Of a DNA stretch of 64,000 bases, positions 45,570 through 54,943 are shown one piece after another. Under the pieces are notes generated by a model. It was not told the origin of the DNA. It saw only the letters and a program-made list of their open reading frames with translations, and ran no database searches. Position numbers and translations under genes: made by a program. Source of the stretch: Deferribacterales bacterium (GTDB lineage Bacteria; Chrysiogenota; Deferribacteres; Deferribacterales; Geovibrionaceae); NCBI GenBank assembly GCA_050251875.1, contig JBFWMA010000005.1, positions 96,001-160,000 of the forward strand. The letters run 5' to 3'. Numbering within the stretch: the stretch's first letter is position 1; each line of letters starts with the position of its first letter.

Positions 45570-47096
45570 TTAGTCCATCGGTGTGACTTCGTAGTCGTGT
45601 ATGTGGAAGGTCTCGTTGGGGGTCACTTCCACCTCAATATTCATCATCAGCTCGATTTCGTCCAGACTCTGTTTTTCATCGTCCAGTATCAGATCCACCA
45701 CGTCCGGATGAGCCTCGATATATACTTTTTTATTACGGAAGAAGGGCGCTATCCTGCGCACCTCTCTCAGAATGTCATAGCAGACGGTGAGCTTGCTCTT
45801 CACTATGCCTCTGCCCTCGCAGTAGGGGCACGGCTCGCTGAGTGATCTCGCCAGACTCTCCTGAACCCTTTTTCTGGTGATCTCCACCAGACCGAGCGGA
45901 GAAATGTTCACCACAGAAGCCTTAGCTCTGTCGTTTTTCAGCTCCAGATCCATGGTTTTGAGCACTTTTTGACGGTTCTCTTCCTTCGCCATGTCTATGA
46001 AGTCTACTATGATGATTCCGCCGATATTGCGCAGTCTGAGCTGCCAGGCTATCTCTTTGGCGGCTTCAAGGTTGGTCTTAAGAATAGTCTCTTCAAAGTT
46101 GCGCTTGCCCACGAATTTTCCGGTGTTCACATCCACCACGGTCAGGGCCTCCGCCTGATCGATGACGATGTATCCGCCGGACTTCAGCCAGACCTTTTTG
46201 TCCAGAATCCTTCCGATCTCGATCTCTATATTATAGTAGTCGAAGATCGGGATATCGTTGGTATAGAGGCTGACCTCCATGTGCATGTCGGGCATGTATT
46301 CACGGAGGAATGATTTTATTTTAAGAAAATCAGCTTTGTTATCAATGATTATACGGCTGACATCCGCTGTGGCTGTGTCTCTGAGTATGCGGAAGATGAG
46401 CCCGTGGTCTTCGTAAACCAGACTGGGCGCTTTGGTGGATGTCATCTGTTCTTTTATCTTCGCCCAGAGTCTCTCCAGATAGTCGAGGTCGGCTGTTATC
46501 TCCTCCCTGTCGTGTCCGGCGGACACTGTGCGGGCGATGAGTCCCACGCCGTCTGTTTTGATATCTTTCAGGATATCACGCAGACGCTCACGCTCTTCCT
46601 CTCCCTCTATCTTTCTGGACACTCCCACATGCTCGTATCCGGGCATCAGGACTATGTAGCGTCCGGGGATTGTCAGGTGAGTCGTGAGTCTGGCGCCTTT
46701 TTGTCCTATGGACTCTTTGGCTACCTGCACGATGATCTCCTGACCCTCTTTGAGCATGTCCTCGATGGGCGGAATCTCTTTGGGCTCTGTGGATTCGCCG
46801 TCTATATCGGCTTCGTCCGTGATGCTTCCGTCTATGGATTTTTCCAGAAAGCTGACACGCTCTCCGTTCTCCACATATACGTCAGCGGCGGGCAGAAAAG
46901 CCGCCTTGTTCAGCCCTATATCCACAAAGGCGGACTGGATGCCGGGCAGGACTTTTATGACCTTGCCCTTATAGATATTGCCTGCCACGTTTTTGCTGTG
47001 GGCACGCTCTATCAGTATTTCGGCGGGGTTTCCGTTTTCCAGAACGGCTACCCGTGCCTCGTTCAGTGTTGAATTAACAATAATTTCTTTCGACAT
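45570..47096 (-). CDS. rng: Ribonuclease G/E family (Rng/CafA-like)
   Basis: GNIYKG, AFVDIG, KGARLT, DVNTG, RLRNIGGIIIVDFIDM, CPYCEG. Confidence 0.92.
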   Translation of the reverse strand: MSKEIIVNSTLNEARVAVLENGNPAEILIERAHSKNVAGNIYKGKVIKVLPGIQSAFVDIGLNKAAFLPAADVYVENGERVSFLEKSIDGSITDEADIDGESTEPKEIPPIEDMLKEGQEIIVQVAKESIGQKGARLTTHLTIPGRYIVLMPGYEHVGVSRKIEGEEERERLRDILKDIKTDGVGLIARTVSAGHDREEITADLDYLERLWAKIKEQMTSTKAPSLVYEDHGLIFRILRDTATADVSRIIIDNKADFLKIKSFLREYMPDMHMEVSLYTNDIPIFDYYNIEIEIGRILDKKVWLKSGGYIVIDQAEALTVVDVNTGKFVGKRNFEETILKTNLEAAKEIAWQLRLRNIGGIIIVDFIDMAKEENRQKVLKTMDLELKNDRAKASVVNISPLGLVEITRKRVQESLARSLSEPCPYCEGRGIVKSKLTVCYDILREVRRIAPFFRNKKVYIEAHPDVVDLILDDEKQSLDEIELMMNIEVEVTPNETFHIHDYEVTPMD

Positions 47097-47114
47097 TTAT
47101 ATTTATTCCGTTGG

Positions 47115-47714
47115 TCAGTCGTGGATCTCTGTGCGCTGCTCCATCGCCTTTAAAAGGGTCAGTTCGTCAGTGTATTCCAGATTGGTGCCTATGGGCACTC
47201 CGCTTGCGATCTTCGTGACCTTGATATTTTTGTTTTTCAGCATTTTGGAAAGATATATCGCCGTTGTCTCACCCTCTATGTCGGGGTTGGTGGCGATGAT
47301 TACTTCCGAGACGCTCTCTTCTTCGGTTCTTTTCAGAAGTTTGTCTATGGTTAGGTCTGACGGACCTATGCCGTCCAGAGGGGATATCCTGCCCCCCAGA
47401 ACATGGTATCTGCCGTGAAAAAATCCTGTATTTTCCAGAACAAAGATATCCTTCGCCTCTTCCACAACGCAGAGCTGACCGTTCAGTCTTCTGGGTTCCT
47501 GACAGATGGAGCAGATCTCCTCTTCCGCCAGATTTCCGCATATTTTGCAGAAAACGGTTTTTTCTTTCAGCTCTATCATGCTTTCGGCGAGGTTTTTTAC
47601 CTGTGCCGCATCAGATTTGAGCAGGTGCAGGGCGAGACGAACCGCGGTCTTCCGACCCACTCCGGGCAGACGTGACAGTTCCCCCACACACCGTTCAAAA
47701 ATACGATTCTTCAT
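47115..47714 (-). CDS. recR: Recombination mediator RecR
   Basis: LPGVG.K.A, C4 zinc finger, YHVLGG.ISPLDG, EGETTA. Confidence 0.95.
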   Translation of the reverse strand: MKNRIFERCVGELSRLPGVGRKTAVRLALHLLKSDAAQVKNLAESMIELKEKTVFCKICGNLAEEEICSICQEPRRLNGQLCVVEEAKDIFVLENTGFFHGRYHVLGGRISPLDGIGPSDLTIDKLLKRTEEESVSEVIIATNPDIEGETTAIYLSKMLKNKNIKVTKIASGVPIGTNLEYTDELTLLKAMEQRTEIHD

Positions 47715-47724
47715 ATAACCTCAG

Positions 47725-47855
47725 CAAAAAAAGTTCGTCCTGAACTTTTTTCGATACCGTTGCGCATCTGCAAAGCAGACGCTCCACTTACACTCCGCAC
47801 GGCTTGCACGGCAAAGCCGGTCAGCCTCCTCCGTGAACCACATCGTGTGGTTTTA
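47725..47855. repeat. Multi-hairpin structured insert between ybaB and recR
   Basis: Stems AAAAAGTTC/GAACTTTTT, TCTGC/GCAGA, CGGCTT/AAGCCG, AACCAC/GTGGTT. Confidence 0.55.
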
Positions 47856-47857
47856 CT

Positions 47858-47895
47858 CCTCCCTTTGCTCAAAGGGAGGTCGGGTGGGATTTCTT
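47858..47895. repeat. Third copy of the CCTCCCTTT..AAAGGGAGG..GGATTTCTT REP-like unit
   Basis: cctccctttgctcaaagggaggtcgggtgggatttctt. Confidence 0.75.
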
Positions 47896-47902
47896 GGTGG
47901 TT

Positions 47903-48217
47903 TTAAAACATACCGGGAATGTTGAGTCCGAGGTTGCCTGTTACTGCGGACATTTTAGCCTGAACAACTTCCTGGGATTTTTTCAGCCCTTCGTTCACGG
48001 CGGCTGTTATAAGGTCCTGAAGCATGTCCACATCGTTAGGATCAACAACGTCTTTTTCGATGGTGATGGATAAAAGCTCCTGTTTGCCGTTTACTTTCAC
48101 GGTAACCATACCGCCGCCGGCTGTGGCTTCCACAACCTCTTTAGCGGCTTCTGCCTGAGCTTCCTCCATCTTTTTCTGCATTTTCTGAGCCTGTTTCATC
48201 ATCTGCTGAATATTCAT
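47903..48217 (-). CDS. ybaB: YbaB/EbfC nucleoid-associated protein
   Basis: MKQAQKMQ, AGGGMV.V..NG, D..MLQDLI.AA.N; adjacent to recR. Confidence 0.93.
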   Translation of the reverse strand: MNIQQMMKQAQKMQKKMEEAQAEAAKEVVEATAGGGMVTVKVNGKQELLSITIEKDVVDPNDVDMLQDLITAAVNEGLKKSQEVVQAKMSAVTGNLGLNIPGMF

Positions 48218-48401
48218 AAATCTATCTCCATATATTTTATAGCCTGTGTAATGTATGAACTAATTATTATGAGGTATTGTCGCCCGTTGTCAACAAACAA
48301 TAGATGATATCAGTATTTTTAGGGTGTGAAAACATCTATTGACAGAGAATTGACACAGGAATAATATGCACGCTTGAATGAACGCTCATATGAGGGAATG
48401 A

Positions 48402-48752
48402 ATGACCGATGATCTTTTTCAGATGTCTGAGTCCTTTGAGGACAGCCTTTCAGAGATGAAAGGCAGGATGCCTTCAGACGCCGGACTTCTGAAGATGGCG
48501 GATATGTTCAAAATTTTGTCTGACCCCACCCGTGTGCGCATACTTTATGCGCTCTCTCTGTCCCAGCTCTGTGTCCAGGATATTTCGGAGCTGGCTCAGG
48601 TTTCTCAGTCCGCTGTTTCGCACCAGCTAAGGATTCTGCGCAACTCAGGTCTGGTTAACTGGACAAAGAGCGGTAAGCAGGTCTTCTACAGTCTGGACAG
48701 CGAAGCCGTCAGAACTCTTATCGAAAAAGCATCGGAACATTCTCTGACCTGA
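48402..48752 (+). CDS. ArsR/SmtB family metal-responsive repressor
   Basis: FKILSDPTRVRIL, LCV, SQSAVSHQLR.LR, GKQVFYSL. Confidence 0.9.
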   Translation: MTDDLFQMSESFEDSLSEMKGRMPSDAGLLKMADMFKILSDPTRVRILYALSLSQLCVQDISELAQVSQSAVSHQLRILRNSGLVNWTKSGKQVFYSLDSEAVRTLIEKASEHSLT

Positions 48753-48792
48753 ACTGTCCATATAATACATTATACAAACCGGAGACAGAATT

Positions 48793-49920
48793 ATGCAGTT
48801 TTGTAATCTTAAACAGCAGTATACCGAACTTAAAGACGGCATAGACGCCAATATCGCCAAAGTGCTGGAGCACGGGCTCTATATCGGCGGACCCGAAGTG
48901 ACCGAGCTGGAGAAAAAATGCGCCGAATTTGTCGGCGTAAAATATGCCAAAGCGTGCAGCTCCGGCACAGACGCTCTTCTTCTCGCTCTGATGGCTTATG
49001 ATGTTCAGCCGGGGGACTACATCGTAACCACTCCTTTCACATTCATCGCCACAGCCGAGGTTATTTCTCTGGTGAAGGCAGTGCCTCTCTTCGTTGATAT
49101 AGATGAAAAGACATATAATATATGTCCCGATAAACTAAAAAACTTCCTTAAGAATCCCCCTGTGGATTCTAAAAAGATAAAAGGCGTCATCACTGTCGAT
49201 CTTTACGGTCAGTCAGCAGACTATGACGCTATCCGTGACGCTATGAAAGGTCACGACATGTTTCTGATTCAGGACGCCGCCCAGTCTTTCGGCGGAGCGT
49301 ATAAAGGTAAAAACCTCTGCTCACAGGGCGACATAGGCTGTACATCATTTTTCCCCGCAAAACCCTTCGGATGTTACGGAGACGGCGGAATGGTCTTCAC
49401 CAATGACGATAAGCTGGACGAGAGACTCGGATGGCTTAGAAACCACGGACAGAACGTCAGATACAGCCACAAGATAATCGGTATCAACGGACGTCTGGAT
49501 ACCCTTCAGGCGGCTGTGATGCTGGGCAAATTCGACAGATTCGTGGATTATGAAATCAAAAAACGCAACGATGTGGCGCTGGCATATATCAAAGGGCTCA
49601 AGAGCGTGGCAGACAAGGGCAAGATCACTCTTCCCTATATAATGCCCGACTCACGTCATATCTGGGCGCAGTTCACAGTTCTGGCGGAGAACAGAGACGG
49701 GCTGATGGCTCATCTGTCATCCAAAGGAATTCCTTCAGCGATACATTATCCTATTCCGCTTCATCTTCAGGAGGCTTTTGCCGAGTTCAAAGGAAAAGAG
49801 GGCGACTACCCCGTTTCTGAGAAGATCAGCAAAAATGTCATGAGCTTTCCCATGTGCGCCTATAAAACAGACGCGGAGATTGAAGAAGTTTGCGCAGCGG
49901 TGGCAGAGTTTTACGCATAG
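48793..49920 (+). CDS. DegT/DnrJ/EryC1/StrS PLP-dependent sugar aminotransferase
   Basis: SGTDAL, FTFIAT, DAAQSFG, SFFPAKP.GCYGDGG, N.RLD.LQAA, HYP.PLH. Confidence 0.93.
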   Translation: MQFCNLKQQYTELKDGIDANIAKVLEHGLYIGGPEVTELEKKCAEFVGVKYAKACSSGTDALLLALMAYDVQPGDYIVTTPFTFIATAEVISLVKAVPLFVDIDEKTYNICPDKLKNFLKNPPVDSKKIKGVITVDLYGQSADYDAIRDAMKGHDMFLIQDAAQSFGGAYKGKNLCSQGDIGCTSFFPAKPFGCYGDGGMVFTNDDKLDERLGWLRNHGQNVRYSHKIIGINGRLDTLQAAVMLGKFDRFVDYEIKKRNDVALAYIKGLKSVADKGKITLPYIMPDSRHIWAQFTVLAENRDGLMAHLSSKGIPSAIHYPIPLHLQEAFAEFKGKEGDYPVSEKISKNVMSFPMCAYKTDAEIEEVCAAVAEFYA

Positions 49921-49985
49921 TAAGCCTTGATTTCAGAGGCTTTCAGGCATGTTGAAAAAACTTTAAAAATTTTTCAATAAAGTGC

Positions 49986-50014
49986 TTGACATATATTGCG
50001 TTAAAAGATAATAT
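49986..50014 (+). promoter_or_regulatory. Sigma-70 promoter of the tRNA-tuf operon
   Basis: TTGACA-N17-TAATAT, preceded by an A/T-tract (UP-element-like) region. Confidence 0.8.
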
Positions 50015-50034
50015 TTGCCTCCGTTTTGAAATAG

Positions 50035-50107
50035 GCTGGTGTAGCTCAATCGGTAGAGCAACTGACTTGTAATCAGTAGGTTGAGGGTTCAAGTCCTTTC
50101 ACCAGCT
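50035..50107 (+). tRNA. tRNA-Thr(TGT)
   Basis: GCTGGTG/CACCAGC acceptor stem, CT-TGT-AA anticodon loop, GTTCAAG T-loop; CCA not encoded. Confidence 0.95.
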
Positions 50108-50150
50108 TCTCTTTACGGGATCGTGACGGCGCAAGCCGGGCATGTATATA

Positions 50151-50233
50151 GGGGAGATACCCAAGCGGCCAAAGGGGGCAGACTGTAAATCTGTTGTCGG
50201 ATGACTTCGAAGGTTCGAATCCTTCTCTCCCCA
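50151..50233 (+). tRNA. tRNA-Tyr(GTA)
   Basis: GGGGAGA/TCTCCCC stem, CT-GTA-AA loop, long variable arm; CCA not encoded. Confidence 0.95.
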
Positions 50234-50249
50234 CTCTTTTTGAAAAAAT

Positions 50250-50323
50250 GCGGGTGTAGCTCAGTTGGCTAGAGCATCAGCCTTCCAAGCTGAGGGTCAC
50301 GGGTTCGAGTCCCGTTACCCGCT
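50250..50323 (+). tRNA. tRNA-Gly(TCC)
   Basis: GCGGGTG/TACCCGC stem, CT-TCC-AA loop; CCA not encoded. Confidence 0.95.
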
Positions 50324-50348
50324 TTTTTTTTCTAAAAAGCTGTATGAA

Positions 50349-50381
50349 AGACGGACGATACCGTTACGTCTGTTTTTTTTT
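50349..50381 (+). terminator. Terminator-like hairpin between tRNA-Gly and tRNA-Thr
   Basis: AGACG..ACG/CGT..CGTCT stem followed by T9. Confidence 0.6.
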
Positions 50382-50385
50382 ATAT

Positions 50386-50459
50386 GCCCACGTGGCTTAG
50401 TCGGTTAGAGCACGTCCTTGGTAAGGACGAGATCACCGGTTCGATTCCGGTCGTGGGCT
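50386..50459 (+). tRNA. tRNA-Thr(GGT)
   Basis: GCCCACG/CGTGGGC stem, TT-GGT-AA loop; CCA not encoded. Confidence 0.95.
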
Positions 50460-50486
50460 TATCTTCTTTTTCGGAGGAACAATATT

Positions 50487-51677
50487 ATGGCTAAATCTAA
50501 ATTTGAAAGAACCAAACCCCACGTTAACGTAGGTACCATCGGCCACGTTGACCACGGTAAGACATCACTGACAGCTGCGATAACTAACATCCTTGCGAAA
50601 AAAGGATATGCTCAGTTCGTAGACTACGGCAACATCGACAAGGCACCTGAAGAGCGCGAAAGAGGTATTACCATCGCAACCGCTCACGTAGAGTATGAGT
50701 CAGACAAACGTCACTATGCTCACGTAGACTGCCCCGGTCACGCCGACTATGTAAAAAACATGATTACCGGTGCTGCCCAGATGGACGGCGCTATACTTGT
50801 TGTATCAGCAGCAGACGGTCCCATGCCCCAGACTCGTGAGCACATTCTGCTCGCCCGTCAGGTAGGCGTACCCTACATAGTAGTATTCATGAACAAAATC
50901 GACATGGTAGAAGACGAAGAACTTGTAGAGCTCGTAGAGCTTGAGATCAGAGATCTTCTTTCCGCATACGATTTCCCCGGCGATGATACACCTATCATCA
51001 AAGGATCAGCACTTAAAGCCCTTGAAGACGGCGACAACCCCCAGTGGTCACAGCCTATTCTTGATCTCGTACAGGCACTTGACGATTACATCGCCGAGCC
51101 CGAAAGAGATATAGATAAAGATTTCATCATGCCTATCGAGGACGTGTTCTCAATTTCCGGACGTGGTACAGTTGTAACCGGCCGTATCGAGCGCGGAAAA
51201 GTAAAAGTAGGTGATGAAGTTCAGATCGTAGGTATCAAAGATACACAGAAGACAACAGTAACCGGAATCGAAATGTTCCGCAAACTTCTTGATGAAGGTG
51301 TAGCGGGAGATAACGTAGGTGTCCTTGTCAGAGGTATCAAAAAAGACGATGTAGAGCGCGGACAGGTACTTGCCAAACCGGGCTCAATCACACCTCACAA
51401 GAAGTTTAAAGCTGAAGCGTACATTCTGACTAAAGAGGAAGGTGGACGTCACACACCTTTCTTCAGCGGTTACAGACCTCAGTTCTACTTCAGAACCACA
51501 GACGTAACAGGTATCATCACTCTTGCCGAAGGCGTAGAGATGGTAATGCCCGGCGATAACATCTCTTGTGATGTTGAACTTATCACACCCATCGCTATGG
51601 ACCCCGGTCTTCGCTTCGCTATCCGTGAAGGCGGCCGTACAGTAGGTGCCGGCGTGGTTGTTGAAATTACGGAGTAA
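50487..51677 (+). CDS. tuf: Elongation factor Tu
   Basis: [34 protein letters not shown]; start re-placed at ATG 50487 after GGAGG. Confidence 0.98.
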   Translation: MAKSKFERTKPHVNVGTIGHVDHGKTSLTAAITNILAKKGYAQFVDYGNIDKAPEERERGITIATAHVEYESDKRHYAHVDCPGHADYVKNMITGAAQMDGAILVVSAADGPMPQTREHILLARQVGVPYIVVFMNKIDMVEDEELVELVELEIRDLLSAYDFPGDDTPIIKGSALKALEDGDNPQWSQPILDLVQALDDYIAEPERDIDKDFIMPIEDVFSISGRGTVVTGRIERGKVKVGDEVQIVGIKDTQKTTVTGIEMFRKLLDEGVAGDNVGVLVRGIKKDDVERGQVLAKPGSITPHKKFKAEAYILTKEEGGRHTPFFSGYRPQFYFRTTDVTGIITLAEGVEMVMPGDNISCDVELITPIAMDPGLRFAIREGGRTVGAGVVVEITE

Positions 51678-51681
51678 TCAA

Positions 51682-51831
51682 ATGAGAGAAAAAGTTATTC
51701 TCGCTTGCACTGAGTGCAAAGAAAGAAATTATTCTACAACCAAGAATAAAAAGACTACAACAGGCAAACTGGAGTTTATGAAGTACTGTAAAAGAGACCG
51801 TAAACATACTCTCCACAAAGAGACTAAGTAG
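51682..51831 (+). CDS. rpmG: 50S ribosomal protein L33
   Basis: [16 protein letters not shown]...KYC...KHT.HKETK. Confidence 0.95.
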   Translation: MREKVILACTECKERNYSTTKNKKTTTGKLEFMKYCKRDRKHTLHKETK

Positions 51832-51860
51832 GCTTTTTTAAGGCTTAAATTAAAGATTGC

Positions 51861-51936
51861 AGGCTAGTAGCTCAACTGGCAGAGCACCGGTCTCCAAAAC
51901 CGGGGGTTGGAAGTTCGAGTCTTCTCTGGCCTGCCA
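51861..51936 (+). tRNA. tRNA-Trp(CCA)
   Basis: AGGCTAG/CTGGCCT stem, CT-CCA-AA loop, encoded 3' CCA; usual position between rpmG and secE. Confidence 0.95.
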
Positions 51937-51961
51937 AAATATAATAAGCGGACTTAAAGAC

Positions 51962-52141
51962 ATGATCAAGTGGTCTGAGTTTTACAAAGAAGTTAAGGAA
52001 GAACTGAAAAAAGTAGTTTGGGCGACCAAAGAGTCAACCATCGGGACGACCGGTGTCGTGATCGCTATCTGTATAGTGCTCGCGGTTTTCATGGGCGTTG
52101 TTGATTTCGGACTTTCAAAACTTACTCAGTTTATATACTAG
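51962..52141 (+). CDS. secE: Preprotein translocase subunit SecE
   Basis: EVKEELKKVVW plus a single TM segment; start re-placed at ATG 51962. Confidence 0.92.
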   Translation: MIKWSEFYKEVKEELKKVVWATKESTIGTTGVVIAICIVLAVFMGVVDFGLSKLTQFIY

Positions 52142-52151
52142 GTACATAAAC

Positions 52152-52676
52152 ATGGCAAAACAGTGGTATGTGGTTCACACTTATTCAGGGTTCGAGAAGC
52201 GTGTTGTCACTCTTCTTGAGGATAAGGTGAAAAATGAAAATCTTAAAGATCAGATCGATGACGTTCTGATCCCCACAGAAGATGTGGTGGAACTGAAGAA
52301 AGGCAAGAAAAAGATCAGCAAGAAGAAAACATTCCCCGGATACATACTGGTGCACATGGAGATGAACACCTCTAACTGGCATGTCGTAAAAAGCATTCCC
52401 AAGGTGACAGGCTTTGTGGGCGGAATTAGTCCCGTGCCGATCCCCGAACAGGATGTTAAGGCGATGATCGACCTCGCTAAGTCGCAGTCGCCCAGAATCG
52501 CTTCCAGATATGTGGAAGGCGATAAGGTTGAGGTCGTTGACGGACCTTTCCTCGGTTTCACAGGAACAGTGGAAGATGTCAACAGCGACAAGGAAAAAGT
52601 ACGAGTTATCGTAAGTATTTTCGGAAGACAAACACCTGTAGAACTCGATTATCTGCAGGTTAAACGAATAGGATAA
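52152..52676 (+). CDS. nusG: Transcription termination/antitermination factor NusG
   Basis: WYVVHTYSG.E, FPGYILV, VTGFVG, KOW DGPF, IFGR.TPVEL. Confidence 0.97.
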   Translation: MAKQWYVVHTYSGFEKRVVTLLEDKVKNENLKDQIDDVLIPTEDVVELKKGKKKISKKKTFPGYILVHMEMNTSNWHVVKSIPKVTGFVGGISPVPIPEQDVKAMIDLAKSQSPRIASRYVEGDKVEVVDGPFLGFTGTVEDVNSDKEKVRVIVSIFGRQTPVELDYLQVKRIG

Positions 52677-52697
52677 ACCCTAATCGGAGGTTTATAA

Positions 52698-53120
52698 ATG
52701 GCCAAGAAGATAACAGGTCAGATAAAGCTCCAGATTCCTGCGGGAAAAGCTAACCCTTCTCCCCCCGTTGGTCCCGCTCTCGGTCAGAGAGGCGTGAACA
52801 TCATGGAATTCTGCAAGGCTTTCAATGCTAAGACCCAAAACATGGGCGAATGGATAATCCCCGTGGTTATCACTGTTTACGAGGACAGATCTTTCACTTT
52901 CGTGACAAAGACTCCCCCCGTATCAGACATGATCAAGAAAGAGCTGAACATTAAATCAGGCGCTGCCAACGCTAAAAAAGACGTTGCAGGCACTCTGACT
53001 CAGGATCAGCTGAAAAAGGTCGCAGAGGCTAAAATGCCCGACCTGAACACTGCCGACATCGAGCAGGCTATGAAAATCGTAGCCGGATCAGCTCGCAGTA
53101 TGGGCGTGAAAATCAAATAA
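52698..53120 (+). CDS. rplK: 50S ribosomal protein L11
   Basis: [25 protein letters not shown]. Confidence 0.98.
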   Translation: MAKKITGQIKLQIPAGKANPSPPVGPALGQRGVNIMEFCKAFNAKTQNMGEWIIPVVITVYEDRSFTFVTKTPPVSDMIKKELNIKSGAANAKKDVAGTLTQDQLKKVAEAKMPDLNTADIEQAMKIVAGSARSMGVKIK

Positions 53121-53138
53121 TTTCTTTGAGGTGCAACA

Positions 53139-53837
53139 ATGGCTAGAGGAAAACAGTACCAGACTGCCTCAGGTAAGATTGACGCAGAAAAATCTTACGA
53201 TCTGGGAGAGGCTATCGCTCTCGCTAAGGAAGCCGCGTTCGCAAAATTTGACGAATCCATCGATATTGCTATCAACCTTGGCGTAAACCCCAAGCACGCA
53301 GATCAGATGGTTCGCGGTTCAGTTAGTCTTCCCAACGGTACAGGAAAAGACGTTAAGGTTCTCGTATTTTGTAAAGGCGAGAAGCAGAAAGAAGCCCAGG
53401 ATGCTGGCGCTGATTTCGTAGGCGACGACGAACTTATCACTAAAGTCCAAGGCGGATGGACACAATTCGACAAAGTAGTGGCGACTCCCGATCTTATGGG
53501 TCAAGTTGGTAAACTTGGTAAAGTGCTGGGACCCAGAGGTCTCATGCCTAACCCTAAAGTAGGCACAGTAACAAATGACGTTGCAAAAGTTGTGAAAGAG
53601 CTTAAAGCAGGTATGATCGAGTTCCGTGTGGACAAGGTCGGTATCATTCATACCACAGTCGGAAAGAAAAGTTTCGATGTGGAAAAACTTGAGCAAAACA
53701 TCAGAGCTCTGCTTGAAACACTCATCAAGCTGAAGCCGTCCTCAGCAAAAGGACATTATGTAAGGGGCATAGTGCTTTCAGCAACTATGGGACCCGGAGT
53801 GAAAGTTGACCATCACAAACTGGTTAACGAACTGTAA
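53139..53837 (+). CDS. rplA: 50S ribosomal protein L1
   Basis: [27 protein letters not shown]. Confidence 0.98.
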   Translation: MARGKQYQTASGKIDAEKSYDLGEAIALAKEAAFAKFDESIDIAINLGVNPKHADQMVRGSVSLPNGTGKDVKVLVFCKGEKQKEAQDAGADFVGDDELITKVQGGWTQFDKVVATPDLMGQVGKLGKVLGPRGLMPNPKVGTVTNDVAKVVKELKAGMIEFRVDKVGIIHTTVGKKSFDVEKLEQNIRALLETLIKLKPSSAKGHYVRGIVLSATMGPGVKVDHHKLVNEL

Positions 53838-53849
53838 TACGGATAATAT

Positions 53850-53925
53850 CTGGTTAAAGAAGCAGGTCACGTCTGAATGGAGACGGGATAAATCCTGCGG
53901 AAATCGGTTGGTATATACAACCGGA
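53850..53925 (+). ncRNA. Ribosomal protein L10 leader (autogenous control element)
   Basis: AAAGAAGCAGG...TAAATCCTGCGGAAA pattern upstream of rplJ. Confidence 0.65.
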
Positions 53926-53939
53926 AACGGAGAAACAGC

Positions 53940-54458
53940 GTGAAAAAAACTGATAAAAAAGAACTGGTTGGTGCACTTTCTGAAGAGATAAAAAGTGCTG
54001 ATGCGCTGTTCTTGGCAAACTATAAGGGCCTTACATTCCCTCAGCTTACAGCTGTTCGTGCTTCACTGAAAGCACAGGGAAGCGATTTCAAAGTAGTCAA
54101 GAACACGCTCTTGAAAATTGCCCTTCACAACAACGACATTACCGCTCTTGATGAACACATGAAAGAGCCCACAGCAGCCGCCATTGTTACTGGTGATGTT
54201 GCTGCCGCCGCTAAAGAATTTAAAAAATTCGCCAAAACCTATGATAAGTTTGTAATTAAATGCGGTTACCTCGATGGTAACGCTCTCACAGCAAACGATG
54301 TGAACACACTGGCAGACCTGCCCAGCCGTGAAGAACTGCTGGCTAAAATGCTTGGTTCCATGAATGCTCCTGTCGTCAACTTCGTATCGCTTCTTGCTAA
54401 TATTCCGAGAAGCCTGCTGAATGTCCTGAACGCTGTGAAAGATAAAAAACAGAATTGA
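53940..54458 (+). CDS. rplJ: 50S ribosomal protein L10
   Basis: YKGLT, VVKNTL, LPSREEL; GTG start. Confidence 0.96.
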   Translation: MKKTDKKELVGALSEEIKSADALFLANYKGLTFPQLTAVRASLKAQGSDFKVVKNTLLKIALHNNDITALDEHMKEPTAAAIVTGDVAAAAKEFKKFAKTYDKFVIKCGYLDGNALTANDVNTLADLPSREELLAKMLGSMNAPVVNFVSLLANIPRSLLNVLNAVKDKKQN

Positions 54459-54472
54459 TGGAGGAGTTACAA

Positions 54473-54853
54473 ATGTCTGTAACAAAAGAACAAGTAGTTG
54501 AATTTATCGAGAAAATGACTGTAATCGAACTTGCTGATTTCGTAAAAGAACTTGAAGACAAGTTCGGCGTATCTGCCGCTGCTCCCGTAGCCGCTGTTGC
54601 CGCAGCTCCCGCTGCCGGTGGCGCTGCCGCTGCTGAAGAGCAAACAGAGTTCACAGTAATCATCGCTTCCGGCGGTGACAAAAAAGTTCAGGTTATCAAA
54701 GTTGTACGTGAACTTACAGGTCTTGGTCTTAAAGAGGCTAAAGCTGTTGTTGACGAAGCTCCGAAACCTGTTAAAGAAGGCGTTTCTAAAGAAGAAGCAG
54801 CTTCTATCAAAGCTAAACTTGAAGAAGCAGGCGCTACAGTCGAAGTTAAGTAA
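54473..54853 (+). CDS. rplL: 50S ribosomal protein L7/L12
   Basis: [10 protein letters not shown] hinge, [15 protein letters not shown]; start at ATG 54473 after GGAGGAG. Confidence 0.97.
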   Translation: MSVTKEQVVEFIEKMTVIELADFVKELEDKFGVSAAAPVAAVAAAPAAGGAAAAEEQTEFTVIIASGGDKKVQVIKVVRELTGLGLKEAKAVVDEAPKPVKEGVSKEEAASIKAKLEEAGATVEVK

Positions 54854-54890
54854 TTTTTATAAATTACTGATAATTAAGCAATCCTTAAAT

Positions 54891-54915
54891 GGGGGAGCAC
54901 AGCTCCCCCCTCTTT
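54891..54915 (+). terminator. rplL-rpoB intergenic attenuator/terminator hairpin
   Basis: GGGGGAGC-aca-GCTCCCCC followed by CTCTTT. Confidence 0.65.
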
Positions 54916-54943
54916 CGTTAAAAATTACCGGAAGGTGAAACGA

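Noticed and set aside
50418..50486. N-terminal extension of EF-Tu in the ORF track (similar extensions for SecE, NusG, RpmG, RnhB, RsmI, ferredoxin and ArsR)
   Set aside because: The extensions overlap tRNA genes, upstream CDSs or promoters; downstream ATGs give canonical N-termini, mostly with an SD or stop-start coupling.
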